Assembly (NCBI GenBank): GCA_964016885.1
Contig: OZ024746.1
Span: 17,794,001 to 17,858,000, forward strand
Source: Eledone cirrhosa
Lineage: Eukaryota
Direction of reading: 5' to 3'
Length of the DNA stretch: 64,000 bases
The translations under genes were made by a program, and so were the position numbers. Below, one piece after another: positions 23,807 to 37,200 of this stretch. A model generated the notes under the pieces. It was not told the origin of the DNA. It did no database searches and was given only the letters and a program-made list of their open reading frames with translations. Numbering within the stretch: the stretch's first letter is position 1; every line of letters starts with the position of its first letter.

Positions 23807-25337
23807 GGAGCCTTTCCAGAGATCTAGGTCACCCAGCACACATGAGTCAGCTAGATAATAGCTTCTCTATTTAAGGCTTTTAACATTTCTAGGCCGGATT
23901 TCATCCTCCTCGGCAGCCTTACCACATTTGAGCTCTTTAACTGCTCTTGTGACCTCAGCCTCCAAGAAATTAGTCACCACTCCCAAATGTACATCAGAAG
24001 ATGCTGTTGTGATTGGGTTTAGGAGATCAGCAAAGTATTCTCTCTAGCTCATGAAGATGCACCTCTCTGAAGCGAGAACCCCAGACTCGTTCCTAATACC
24101 AAGTGTGGAGGAGGACTTCTTATTATGAAGTCGGTGGATGGTCTGCCAGAACAGATCTGAAGTTGGATTCCAGCTTAACCCCAAAGTCCTCCCATGTCTT
24201 AACTTTGGAAGTCTTTACTGTCTCTGCTGCACAATCAGGTTGGAAGTAGTATCACAACTGGCAGGTGCAAAATCAGTCAGTTGGAATTTTCAGACAACAT
24301 GGTGTTACTTAAATCAACAGGAGAGCTCCAGCTTACACTTGATAGGTTTGATGCCAAGTGCTCCACAGCTGCAATGCAAATCAGTGTTGCAAAAACTGAG
24401 ACACTCAGCCTCTCAAGGAAGCCTGTGCAGTACATTCTACATGTGAATGGAGTTCCACTGAAGCAGATGGAGAAGTTCAAGTAACTCGGGGCAGGTGGCT
24501 TAATTAAGTACAAAATTTGCAGGAACTGATACAGTAATGCGCCAACTTCAGTATTCAGTAATCAGAAGAAGGGAGACAGTTGTTAAAGCTAAACTCACTA
24601 TCTTCAATTTGGTATTCATGCCAACCCTTACCTATGGTCATGAATCTTAGGTAATGACCGAAAGAATGCGAGTGCAAATACAAGCAGCCGAAATGGGATT
24701 CCTTCAAAGGGTCTTTGGAGTAATGTTATTCGATAGAGTGCATAGCTCAGAGATCAGAGAGACACTCCAGGTAGAGACGCTACTTCTCCGAATTGAGAGA
24801 TCACAGATCCAATACTATGGGCATGTGGTTAGAATATCTCAGGAAAGAATCGCTAGACAGATTTTACAGGCAAAACTAACTGGCAGGAGACCCAGGGGTA
24901 GACCCCGGGCAAGATGGTTGGATGACATCCATGAGTTTGGCTGGTCTCACTTGGGGGGATTCAGACGAATCAGTTGGAGATAGTTGCTTCTGACAGGACC
25001 CACTGGAAGGAGTGTTTGAGGTTTCTGTCCCCACAAGAAGAAGAAGAAGAAGAAGAAGAAAAAGAAAAAGAAGAAGAAAAAGAAAAAGAAGAAGAACAAG
25101 AAGAACAAGAAGAAGAAAAAGAAAAAGAAGAAGAAGAAGGACAAGAAAAAGAAAAAGAAGAAAAAGAAAAAGAAAAAGAAGAAAAAGAAAAAGAAAAAGA
25201 AAAAGAAAAAGAAGAAGAAAAAGAAAAAGAAGAAGAAGAAAAAGAAGAAGAAGAAAAAGAAGAAGAAGAAGAAGAAGAAGAAGAAGAAGAAGAAGAAGAA
25301 GAAGAAGAAGAAGAAGAAGAAGGACAAGAAAAAGAAG
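23807..25337 (+). mobile_element. RTE LINE with 5' inversion and an expanded (GAA)n tail
   Basis: 23807-~24230 reads on the minus strand (EVTRAVKELKCGKAAEEDEIRP); ~24235-25034 reads on the plus strand (LEFSDNMVLL, PTLTYGHES, GRRPRGRPRARW); purine tract 25035-25337. Confidence 0.85.
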
Positions 25338-25844
25338 TTTTGCTGAGTGCAGTGATAAGTCGGGTCATGTAACTGATAAGGGAGGTTACTCTATGTAAAC
25401 ACAGACGCTAGAATTTAAATCGTTCAGTTTGGCGGACCAGTAATATGGTATGGTCCTGTAACTCCCAATGGAGTCGTAGGGACACTGTATTGACATACAG
25501 CGTTTCTAGGGCATTATGCTTTTAAAACCTGGTAGAGCCCATTTCCTTTCCAGGTTTGAATAAGTCAGATTTCTTCCAGAGGAGGATAGAGAGTGAGATA
25601 AATGGAAGTGTGAAAGAGATATAAAGGAAAAATCGACGCAGTAGTAGACTGGTATTTTCTTTTATCGACTTTGAATGGATGAAAGGCAAAGTTGACCACA
25701 GCGAGATTTGAATAGAGAGAACGAAGAACTGAAACGAATACTGCAAAACATTCTATTGGTATTTATACCGAAACAGTAGAGTATGTGCATGTAAACACAC
25801 GCATTCATATATTTACGAACATGCCTGTAATATCTTTGAACATA

Positions 25845-26033
25845 TACGAGGCTCGGCTGAAAACTTCATAGGTTAACCAAAATATTCTCAAATGAGGTTT
25901 ATTTTTCAAGTCTTTGAAAAGAAAAAGCAGTTATTAATTTTTTTTTTTAAAGTTGAAATTAACGCATGCAATATTTCAAAACTCTAGCATCACCCCTTCA
26001 TAGTCGGCCTATGAACTTTTCAGCCGCCCTTTA
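25845..26033. mobile_element. Mariner-like MITE
   Basis: Terminal inverted repeats tacgaggctcggctgaaaacttcatagg / cctatgaacttttcagccgccc; second copy 57055-57458 interrupted by a SINE. Confidence 0.6.
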
Positions 26034-26904
26034 TAAATAAAATTTATATAATCCTAATCTTTAGAAAACTTGAATTGAATGGTTGGTCAATGTCGGATTT
26101 TCTCCGGAGTCCGTGACCAGGCTGCTTTGCCCAAACGATCTGGGACCTGGGTCTAAGTAAATGCTCCTCTGACCTGTCCTGTTTTCTTTCATTTATGCTT
26201 ACTCCCCTCCAACAAGGAGGTGGAAGAAGCTGGGATTTATTAGTTTCTGACACAGAGTAGGATTGATTGGGCAACTCAGTCTGGATGATTTCTATGTCGG
26301 AACCGATGTCATTTTAGTAGGCCCCTTGACTCTACACGTCTTCGTGAATTGTCGTACCGTCTGAACGCAAATAGTCTCGCACGACATACTGAGCTGAACT
26401 TAATTATCAAACGGCCCCTGGTTCGGGTCAATATCTTCTCAATTCTGGGGCTAGATGGTTCATGTCCAAGGTTGATGGAAAGAGGTAAGATCATTTCACC
26501 CTTTGCCCCTGGATAGGTTGATGTATTATTTGGGGTGCCACAGTAAGCGACTCTTTTGCTTCTGCCCACATACTGGATGCTACGGAATTAAATTTTAAAA
26601 TATGAGCAATTATCGTCAAATAATCTTTTCACTACGTGGCGTTCAAGACGTTTGAAGGACCTGACAACGAGGTTCTTGTTTATTTCAGCGTTTTAATATG
26701 GCTAAAACGTGTGGCTATATAAAGGGAGGAAACTCTTGTGAGCGAGTCTTCTCCCATTTTTTTCATTTTAAATTTATAGATCTACACCTACTTCGCGTTC
26801 TATGGCAAATTGTTATTCTTCCCAAGTGTTCCTCCCCTCCCATGTGTTTCAACAAATCTGACCCCAAAACCGTCAGAAAGGGTCTCATTTTTTAGAAAAT
26901 TGAG

Positions 26905-27595
26905 AGGGAATTGGGTACACAAAAGATGTAGTGGGATAACAAGTAGACTAACAGGAAGGGAGAACTTTGTATGTAGAAGATTTGCAGGACTAATTGAGAG
27001 GAAGAATGCAAATGATATAAACGTGATTGATAGCTTCTGCTATCTAGGTGGTTTAATTAGCAGCAGAGGAGGGTGCACTGAGAGTATATAATAATTAGAA
27101 TAAGGATAGAATGAAAGAAGTTTAGAGAGTTACTCTAACTGTTGATAACAAAAGATTTCTCCCTACGTACAAAAGGACGGCTGTAAGACGCCTGTGTGCT
27201 AAGTGTGATGTTGCATGGTAGTAAAACATGGACTGTGACTGCAGAAGACATGTGTAGACTGGAGAGAAATGAAGCAACCATGCTTTGTTTGATGTGCAAT
27301 GTATGTGTGTGAGAGAAAGGCAGAGTTTGGACAAGCTGAGGGAGAAGAATCCAAGGTGGTGTGCAGGAGAGAAGACTGTGTTGGTATGGACATGTGATGC
27401 GCATGGTCAATGATCGATGGGTGAAGAAGTGCCAGGAAAGCCCAGTAGAAGGAAGTCACAATAGAGGACGACCAAGAAAGACCTGGGCAGAGGAAACAAT
27501 GAAGGAACTGAACAAGTGAAGAGATGCTGTGCTGGGAAGGCACCATCCAACCCATGCAAGTGTGAAAAAATGGATGTAAAAACAATGATGATGAT
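26905..27595 (+). mobile_element. Degenerate RTE LINE 3' portion (same PHD-bearing family)
   Basis: [32 protein letters not shown]; (GAT)n tail. Confidence 0.8.
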
Positions 27596-27624
27596 AAATT
27601 GTGAAAAAAATATAACAAACTGGA

Positions 27625-27882
27625 TGGGAGGGAGACAACATGTCTTAGGCGATGTGGAGGGGAGGGAGACAACATATTGTCTTAGGCCATGTGGAGGGGA
27701 GGGAGACAACATGTCTTAGGCCATGTGGAGGGGAGGGAGACAACATACTGTCTTAGGCCATGTGGAGGGGAGGGAGACAACATATTGTCTTAGGCCATGT
27801 GGAGGAGAGGGAGACAATACTGTTTTAGGCCATGTGGAGGGGAGGAAGACAACATATTGTCTTAGGCCATGTGGAGGGGAGG
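27625..27882. repeat. G-rich ~40-bp minisatellite
   Basis: Six to seven copies of ttaggccatgtggaggggagggagacaacatattgtc. Confidence 0.9.
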
Positions 27883-27939
27883 TCACTTGACAAACAAGAA
27901 ATATGAAAACAGTTAAATTGGATTTTTTTTTAGTAAATA

Positions 27940-27945
27940 TTTATT
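27940..27945 (-). terminator. Candidate MTBP polyadenylation signal AATAAA
   Basis: tttatt on the plus strand, ~220 nt past the MTBP stop. Confidence 0.4.
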
Positions 27946-28164
27946 GTAAGACTTAAAATAAAATAAATAATAATATCACAGATATTCATCAATAAAGTCT
28001 GAAATAATGAATTTGTGTGTTTCAATTGTGTTTTTTTATGTTTATCTAACAATTTCATTTGGTTGAGTTATTGAAGTTACTTTGTACATCCTAGTCTGAA
28101 TTCTGGCTTTTTTGTTCACAAACACTTCTGATGAGTTTCTGTGAAGTTTCTGTGAATTATGAAG

Positions 28165-28242
28165 TTACTTTGCATTTTTGTCTGATTTCTGGATCTTTTT
28201 TGTGCTCAAAGACTTCTGACGGTGTGTTTCTATTTCAACAAC
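28165..28242 (-). CDS. MTBP: MTBP exon 20 (terminal)
   Basis: ttctag|VVEIETHRQKSLSTKKIQKSDKNAK-TAA. Confidence 0.8.
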   Translation of the reverse strand, partial: VVEIETHRQKSLSTKKIQKSDKNAK

Positions 28243-31200
28243 CTAGAAATAATACAAACAATTGTATAATTACAAGAATATTAAACATTAAAGTTATACC
28301 TCAATGCTGCTAATTACACACGATAATCACAAGATAGAATTTAAATTTTAGTTTTTTTATATCGCTGTATAAACTCTTTTGTCATGATTATACCATGACA
28401 ACTTTTCAAAAATACATTTACCCTGCCTCTTATGTCCAGTAACTTCAGTTTATGTGTCTACCGTAATACAGCTACGGTAATGTTTTATTTCTATTTTGTC
28501 ATGTTTTTAAAGCAGTATTCTACATTGGTAACACTAAGTAGAAAATCATTAATCCCAAAATGTGCCAGCTTCAGTAATCAGAAGAGAAGAGGTGAATGAG
28601 AAGACAAGACTCGCTGTTTTCGGCTCAGTGTTCGTGCCAACCCTTACCTGTGATCGTTAGTCTTGGGTGGTGGCAGGAATAATGTGATCGCTAGTACAGG
28701 CAACTGAAAGCAAATTTATACCCTGGATAAAATTTATCTCCAATTCTATGTGATCATCTAACCTGCTAAAAATAATAGCCTCATCATGCTTTGTTGTCTT
28801 AAATAAAGGACACATGATAAAATGCACTCTGCACATTCTGTAAAGTGGTTAAAGATAAGATGGAGACAAAATAAATATTTTATGAAAAACCTTTCAATTA
28901 TAAACGTCTCTGACTGAAGTATGATAATTAAGCAGTTATTTGGAAATAAGAAAACTCACATGTTTTACTTGGTTTTCAGCTAATCTTCTCATCTCTTGTC
29001 CTAGTTTGCGAGAGTCAGGAAGATCCTAAAATATATCAATATTATAGTAAAGTTGGCATTAATATATTTAATGTAGTCCAACCTGTAAAGTGGTCATGCT
29101 GGTGACATGACAAAAAGCACCCAGTCCACACTGTAAAGTGGTAGTGTTGATGACACAACAAAAAACCACCCAGGGGGTAGAGTCCTCGAGCACTCCTTCC
29201 AGCAGGTCCTATCAAAAACAGCTGTCTCCAACTGATCTAGCTGGATCCCCAATCTGATTTTTCTACTGCTATTATTGTGACTTCTGCTACTTGGAGTGAG
29301 CTAATCCAATGTTCATGTAGTTGTCATCTGGTGTACATGTAGTTGTCATCTGGTGTACATGTGGTTGTCATCAGGTGTATGTGGTTGTCATCTGGTGTAC
29401 ATGTAGTTGTCATCTGGTGTACATGTAGTTGTCATCTGGTGTATGTGGTTGTCATCTGGTGTACATGTAGTTGTCATCTGGTGTACATGTAGTTGTCATC
29501 TGGTGTACATGTGGTTGTCATCTGGTGTATGTGGTTGTCATCTGGTGTACATGTAGTTGTCATCTGATGTACATGTAGTTGTCATCTGGTGTACATGTAG
29601 TTGTCATCTGGTGTACATGTAGTTGTCATCTGGTGTACATGTAGTTGTCATCTGGTGTACATGTGGTTGTCATCTGGTGTATGTGGTTGTCATCTGGTGT
29701 ACATGTAGTTGTCATCTGGTGTACATGTAGTTGACATCTGGTGTACATGTAGTTGTCATCTGGTGTACATGTAGTTGTCATCTGGTGTATGTGGTTGTCA
29801 TCTGGTGTACATGTAGTTGTCATCTGATGTACATGTAGTTGTCATCTGATGTACATGTAGTTGTCATCTGGTGTACATGTAGTTGTCATCTGGTGTACAT
29901 GTAGTTGTCATCTGGTGTACATGTAGTTGTCATCTGGTGTACATGTGGTTGTCATCTGGTGTATGTGGTTGTCATCTGGTGTACATGTAGTTGTCATCTG
30001 GTGTACATGTAGTTGACATCTGGTGTACATGTAGTTAACATCTGGTGTACATGTGGTGGGGCTATGATTGAACTCCTGAGCTTTTATTTCAAGTTTCACA
30101 AAACTTTATTTCAGATATAAAGAGAAAGTAAACTGTTGAAAAAATGTTTTTCCATCACATCCCAACCACTGGTCCATCGTACCCCATCCTCCGGAATTAT
30201 ACATCTTTCCTTCCTTCTTAATCAATAGTAGTTTTATTTATTAATAAACAGCGAAGAATGTGGCCTTTCATAAGACCTGATTAGCTGACAACTCTTATAT
30301 GTTGGGCTTTCCAAAATTCTGAATTTTACTTAATATGTCTGGTTATTATGTTTATATCATTTCAGAATATTGATACACCGTACCCTCGTGTGTTGTACAA
30401 GGTGACTAAAATGGTTGGTGCCAGGGAGGGGATCTAGCAGTAAGACATTGTTTCAAAAAGGACCCTATCATTAGCATGAAACAATTCATGGGGTTCACAA
30501 GGCTAACTTTAATTATGGCAGGAGAAAATGGTCTTAAGTTTTTGTACTTAATTAAACCTCCTGCCTTTCATTACTCATGAACATGACCCCCAAGATACTT
30601 GAACTTCTCTACCTGCTTCAGTGGAACTCCACTCACGTATTGTGCACTCTGCAGGCTTCCCATCCCCACCAAAAAAAAATCCCATAATATTTGAATAAAA
30701 TAAACATGAAGACAACCTAATGGAATATTGTCTTAGTGACTAGACTTACCATGACATATAGTTTGGTCACCTTAAAGAGACGCTGGAAACAAGAGGGAAA
30801 TATTTCATCATTCTCTGAAAGACCTTCTCGCTTTAAAACAAATTTCACAATTGACTCCAGTTTCTGCCAATAAAAATAAAAAGGTTCCAATTTAGTAAAT
30901 ATCATAATTGGTTTCTTGTAAAAATATGCTCCTGAGTAGCACCTTGGACAAGTGTCTTCTACTGTAGTCTCAAGTTGAACAAAAACTTGAGTGAAATTTG
31001 GTAAATGGAAACTGTATGGAATCCTGTTGTGTATTGTCTATATGTGTGTGTGTGTGTGTATATGTATGTATTTATGTGTATGTGTGTATATATATGCATG
31101 ATGTATGTGTCTGATGTATGTTATGGCTTGGAGAACTATAATTAACATGAGGAGGGGGTGGCTCAGTACTAAGCCTTGATGAACACCCACCTGTACATTA

Positions 31201-34200
31201 AATTCTTCACTAAACTCATTACCTACTCTAACTTCACTGACAGCACCTCTGTACATTGCTTGAACTGCTCTCACAAGCCACTCATCTACACCCAGTTTCC
31301 TTAAGGACCACATAATAACAGATAAGAGATACATACTTGTTTATGTCTTTCAGAACGAGAAACTTTTTTCTTCTTCAATTCATTATCACTGGCTTTATTT
31401 GAATCCTTGCTGAACTTTACAAGAGAATTATCTTTGGATTGTTCTGTGGCATTTGGTAATGTTTCACCGATATCTCTGGCAGACATATGTCTTGTCATCA
31501 CATGAGAAGATGATTTCTTCTGTTTTGCATTTCTAGAATCTTGTAGTGTTGTCTCAGACATGCTTCGAGTTTCCATGCTGGAAATATTAGCACTTCGCCT
31601 GTGTAATAAAAAGTAAAAGGATCTCCATCAGTTTCCATGATGAGCATTCTACATGTAAATGGATCTTTGGTGGAACATGTACCTTTCATATATTTTTCAA
31701 TCAGAATTACCATATATAATTAAATATAAACTACCACCCCTATTTTATGTCTGAGAAATGAGCAAAAATCCAAACCCCGTTTATAAGTCGAGGCAGCTAA
31801 TCAACACATTGTTTAAATGGCATATATAAGCCGACACCCGATCCACTTACCACTGGTTGTTTTTGGTCACATATTCCTCGGCTTATATTCGAGTATATAT
31901 GGTATGAGCCTGAACTTTTGAATTATAGATACACTCCATTTGATGTGTACTGGGTGTGTTTATCGTGATGGTGACCTATACAATAAACACACCCAGTACA
32001 TGCTGTAAAGTGGTTAGTGATAGGAAAGAGCATCCAGCGATAATAAAGCCTGCCAAAGAAAGGGTTAGGAGGACATGCCAGTCGTGTCAAAAGACACAAC
32101 TTCTCCTCTGCACTTGGTAGAATGTATGATCATACATATGTGAGATGCAGATCCCCTCGGCATGTCTGTGAGTGAGGTCAGCAGCCACCACTTCAGTACT
32201 GACTCAGTCTATGTGGACCCGCCCAACCCTTGCTAGCAGGGAAAGTGGACATTAAAACAATGATGATTACTTACTTTATCCTGCAAGCATCTTTTGAATT
32301 GAAGTTCTTTGATATTCGAGGGTTACTGGTTGACTGCAAAGACGAGCTACGACAATTCTGTAGTGAACATGTAGTACTTGTATCGATTGTGATAAATTTA
32401 TCTCTTAATTTGTTCAGACGGTTCTGGATTTTTTCACATTGATTATCTTTGTTATAACTGGAAACCAGATGTATAGTAGCATCAGATAATATAATAGGTA
32501 CAATGTGGTAGTGTTAGATAATTTAACAAGTATGTGAGGTGGTGTTATATAACAGGTAACGGGGTGGTATTGTATAATAGGTACAGTGTGATGATGTTAG
32601 ATAATATAACAAGTACATTGTTGGGGTCTTTCTCTGAAAGTCTCACATCATTGCCTGACATACCTCACACATACACTCCCACACAAACACCTTCACCTCC
32701 ACCGCAAACATCACATCTTGACCCAGCATCATGTCACCAGGATTCGTTCGTATTTCTCGGATATTTACAAAACACCATATCGAATACAAGTCTTCATTTT
32801 ATTGTAACTCCGTTATAATTGTTGTACACAAATATCCTCGTACATATTTAGGTATAGTCCAAAGCCCGTGATTAACATGTTCATCTTCAGTGTTGTCGGT
32901 TCGAAGGAAAGGTGCCAAAGAGAGTAAGAGCTGGCTGTCTTGCCGCTATGAGACAACTGCCGTCTAACCCATGCTAGCGTGGAAGATGGACGTTAAACGA
33001 AGATGATGATGATGATAAACACACATACATGTAATATAGTAATTAGTAAACAGTCCTGTTAAGTGCTGTGTTTTTGAAAGTGTTACAATAGAAAAAAAAG
33101 AAAGAAATATTTACCAGATTCCAGGAAAACGAGCTTCTCGACATTGTGGCCAGTTCGTGAAACACATTTCATATTCATTGTGAAAGCTTGGAAATACATA
33201 ACTGCGAAGATTATGCTGCAAAATAAACAGTAACTATAAATTATGAAGGCTAGGAAATACCATATATACTCGAATATAAGCTGAGCCCCACCCCTATTTT
33301 ATGCTTGACAAAAATCGAAACCCCATTTGTAAGCAGAGGGAGTTAATCGTAAATAACACTAATGACAATTTAGTAAAAAAAAAAAAAAAAGAAACTGTTC
33401 CATTGAAAAATAATCACTCCAGATATTTTAGCATCTTATTTAATTTGAAGTTCGTGAAATTTGACAAAATATTAATCCTGAATATAAGCCACTCTCCACC
33501 CCCATTTTACCATCGATTTTTTGGGGGTCATATATTCCTCGGTTTATATTCGAGTATATAGGGTACATAGCTGTGCAGATTATGCTGTAAGACATGCAAT
33601 AAATATAAATCATAACATGGAAGTCCTTGGGACAGGATCAAACAGTCTCAAAAACAAAATATAGAAAATGTGGATACAGTTTTGTAGATTCTATGACAGG
33701 TTCTGGATAGAATATGGTAAAATCACAGATTATAGACCTTCAACTGTCCCATTTTATATTTATCCACCATATGCATTGATTGGGATTATATTCACCTCAA
33801 CTCACACCAAAATATTCATAATTCTTGAGTTAAATTCCCACCATTTTAAATTATTTTCCTGTCAGCATATTTCTTAATCTCCAACAATTCATAATCAATA
33901 CCAATTTTATCAAAGCCAGCCCCATTAACCCATAATCCAGCTTATAAATCTACATCTTTCTTCATATTTAGCTACTGTCTGTTGGCAGTATGGTAATTTC
34001 AATGCTTCACTATAGTTTTCAAAACAGTCATGGATACTGCCCTTTCCTCCTTGACTAAACTCTAATCTAATATTTTATTCTATGTAATATGAAAGAGAGG
34101 AAAAAATTCCAACATCTTAAATTGTATTACATTAGAAAGAGGAAATATTTACGACATTTTAACTTCCAGTAGATTAGAACAAAGAAATATTTACATTTTA

Positions 34201-37200
34201 ACTTCCAATAGATTAGAACCAGAAAATGTTTATAACATTTTAAATTGTAGTACAAGGAAATATTTACATTCTAATTGTAGTACATTAGAACGAGGAAATA
34301 TTTACAACATATTAACTTCCAGTAGATTAAAACAAGGAAATATTTACATTATAACTTGTAGTAAATTAGAACAAGATTTTCTTCATACCTGGCTAAGTAA
34401 TGGAGTAAGGGAAAAACTAGTTGCCATCCCATCCTCTTGAAAGTGACTCAAAATTTCTTCAATTTCTGTTGGAACTATGTCTAAAATGAGATCAATGAAA
34501 GTAAGGAGTACAATAACACACACAACTTTCCTACAAAATGAATATTTATATGAAGAGTAAAGGACATTTGTATCTATAAATATAAAAACATATAAAAAGG
34601 AACAGGTATGGTTTATGTGAGAATCAAACCCACACCTTTTATTGTCTGGATAAGTACGCTAGGCCAATTATAACAATTTGCTCGCTTAATTTTTCTCTGT
34701 GTGCTGATGCCCATTCTTTTACTCATTTTGGGGGCTTATATACCGTTATTAGACTATTTTCTGTAGTCAAAATACAACAAAAGCTTATAATTCTATTTTC
34801 AAAATTTCCAATTGCTGCCATATTCTAAAATACATGTGGAGATATATATAATATATATACATACACATAGAGGCTTCCTTACAGTTTCTGTTTTCCTAAT
34901 TCACTAACAAAAAGTATAGGTTGACCCAGGGCTATAGGAGAAAACATTTACCTAAGGTGATACACATATTGTGAGTTAAACCAAATTGAATTTTTTAACT
35001 ACACAGCCATGTCCTCACCGGCCTGACATTTTAATGTGAGATCCTACGAGAAAATGTCTTTAATAAGAGAAGTTTGAAGGGGGGGGGGGGTAAATACTTT
35101 GTGGTTTAGAACTCTAACTTACCTTGGAGAGGAACGTAGGGTGATGACAATGACATGCTGTCAAATGATCGAAAACGACAAATGGTCTTTTTCATGGATT
35201 CTAGTTGCTGGATGTAACATTTTTCTGGCCATTGTGCATCACTGGGTAGATCCAGTTCTTGAAATTGGAAATCATAAATACAAAATGAAATTGATAAATA
35301 TAAAATGAAACCACATACGCTACATAAGCAAGCCCATTCCTCAAACCATATAAAATACCCTAAGTAAAGCTTTAAAAGGCAAACCCATTCCTTGATAATC
35401 TATAACTCTTGCACCATTGCTGAACGATATCATAACTACTACTACTGCTGCTGTTTGTTAATTCCAATGTTTATAATATCTTTATAAGTGGACAGATTGT
35501 TATGAAAATTTGCATTAAATTAAAGAGCTGTTTTGTACTTTTCAAGAATGCTTTGCTAATGTGGTTTCGTATGGTACAGGACAGTTCCTCAAAATTTTAA
35601 AAGATGCTTACCACATGACAGACACCTGAATGGTAAAGTACCAAGGGGTTGGAAACAGTCTTGATGTTTCAGTTTAGATTTTAAGTTTTCCAGAAACCTT
35701 TTCTGTACATTGGAGAGAAATTGGAAAAGTTCTGCTGACTGTGTAGATGGAACTGCCAAGGAATCCATAGAATCACCTAAAATTGAATCAGAATTCAAGA
35801 TGAAATGAATATTTTAATAAAATTATCTAAATCAGTGGTTCCTAAAATTGGTTCTGAGAAACCTCAGGATTTCACAAAACAATTCTGACTCTACATAAGC
35901 TGTCTTCTAATAAAACATTTTTTTTAATGATTAAATTCTCTCCCTAAAACAATTTTTGTTTCATTCAAAGTCTAACTAAAGTTAGGGAGTTAAGGACCCT
36001 CCGTAAAATATAGGTATGGATCCGGTCATTTTTTGGGAAAACCACAGAAGAGTTCTGTAACTAAATAAGTCTGGGGACCACTGATCTAGACCTATCCATT
36101 TAAATGTTACTTCTACTCTGAAGTATGAATTAATATGGTCACCCAAGCTGCTAATAATAGCAGCTAAATATCCTTTATATCAATCCTACTGTCTTGATAA
36201 AAAAGAAGGGCACAATGGATAATGACAATTTGGCTATAGACCAACATCCCTATCAAGTTGACAATCTGGGGCTTTTTAACCCTTTTCTTGACATATTTGT
36301 AATGAAAGACTACCTTTGATTTACAAATAATTTTGAAAATAATCAAGAATTTGGAAAGATTTAATAAAGTAAGTAATTTTATCATTATTAAGTTGGTGTT
36401 TGGAACATAACTTTACAAATATTCTTATATAAAATTATGATGGAAGGTGTTTAGATAACACTTTAAAATAAACAGCTTTGTGTCATAGAACCAGAGGTAG
36501 TTTCATGTGGTTTGATATCAAAAGGGTTAAGAATATATATTTTTTAAAATATTTGTTTCACATTCATTTTTTCTCTCCACGCTAGTACAAGTAGGATGAT
36601 TTCCTTGTTGGAATGTTTTTTGAACAACTGGATGCACTACATATGGGTTTTTGGTTCAGTCAGAATAGTTGATGGCCTTGTTGGTTGTAAGATCTGAATT
36701 GAAAACCTTGTAGTTAGTAATCCCCCACCTTAACTTCAGTTGTTATGCTTGAAATGATTAGAATCAACAAAATCCCAGACCTTATTCGCTTACCAAGTAG
36801 AGGGAAACTCATCAGATCGGACCAAAGAAACAATGTTTTCATTGATCTTTTCAATTGCTGATACTATCTAATAGTCATAACTTCTGGCAGAAGGAGAAAC
36901 ATGAAATAAAGTGTCTTGCTCAAGGACATAATGCATTGCCCAGTCTGGGAATCGAACTCACAACCTCATGATTGTGAATCCAACTCTCTAACCCCTAAGC
37001 CACACACCTTATATATATGCTTGAAATAACAAAAGAAAAACAAAAAGCAAATTTTCAAATGAATACAGAATAGATTCAAATTACCTTTTAGATGATTTTT
37101 GATGCCGCTAACTTGTAATTTGGTTAAGTAAGAATTGACTTTAGAAAGCATTTTTCCATTAAATAATGGTAAAGCTGGAAAGTCTACATCTGAAGCGTTA

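Noticed and set aside
24947-25398. Poly-E, poly-R/K, poly-F and poly-S ORFs
   Set aside because: Translations of the (GAA)n retrotransposon tail
29626-30099. MTTTCTPDDN repeat ORFs
   Set aside because: Minisatellite translation inside an intron; unit length is not a multiple of three
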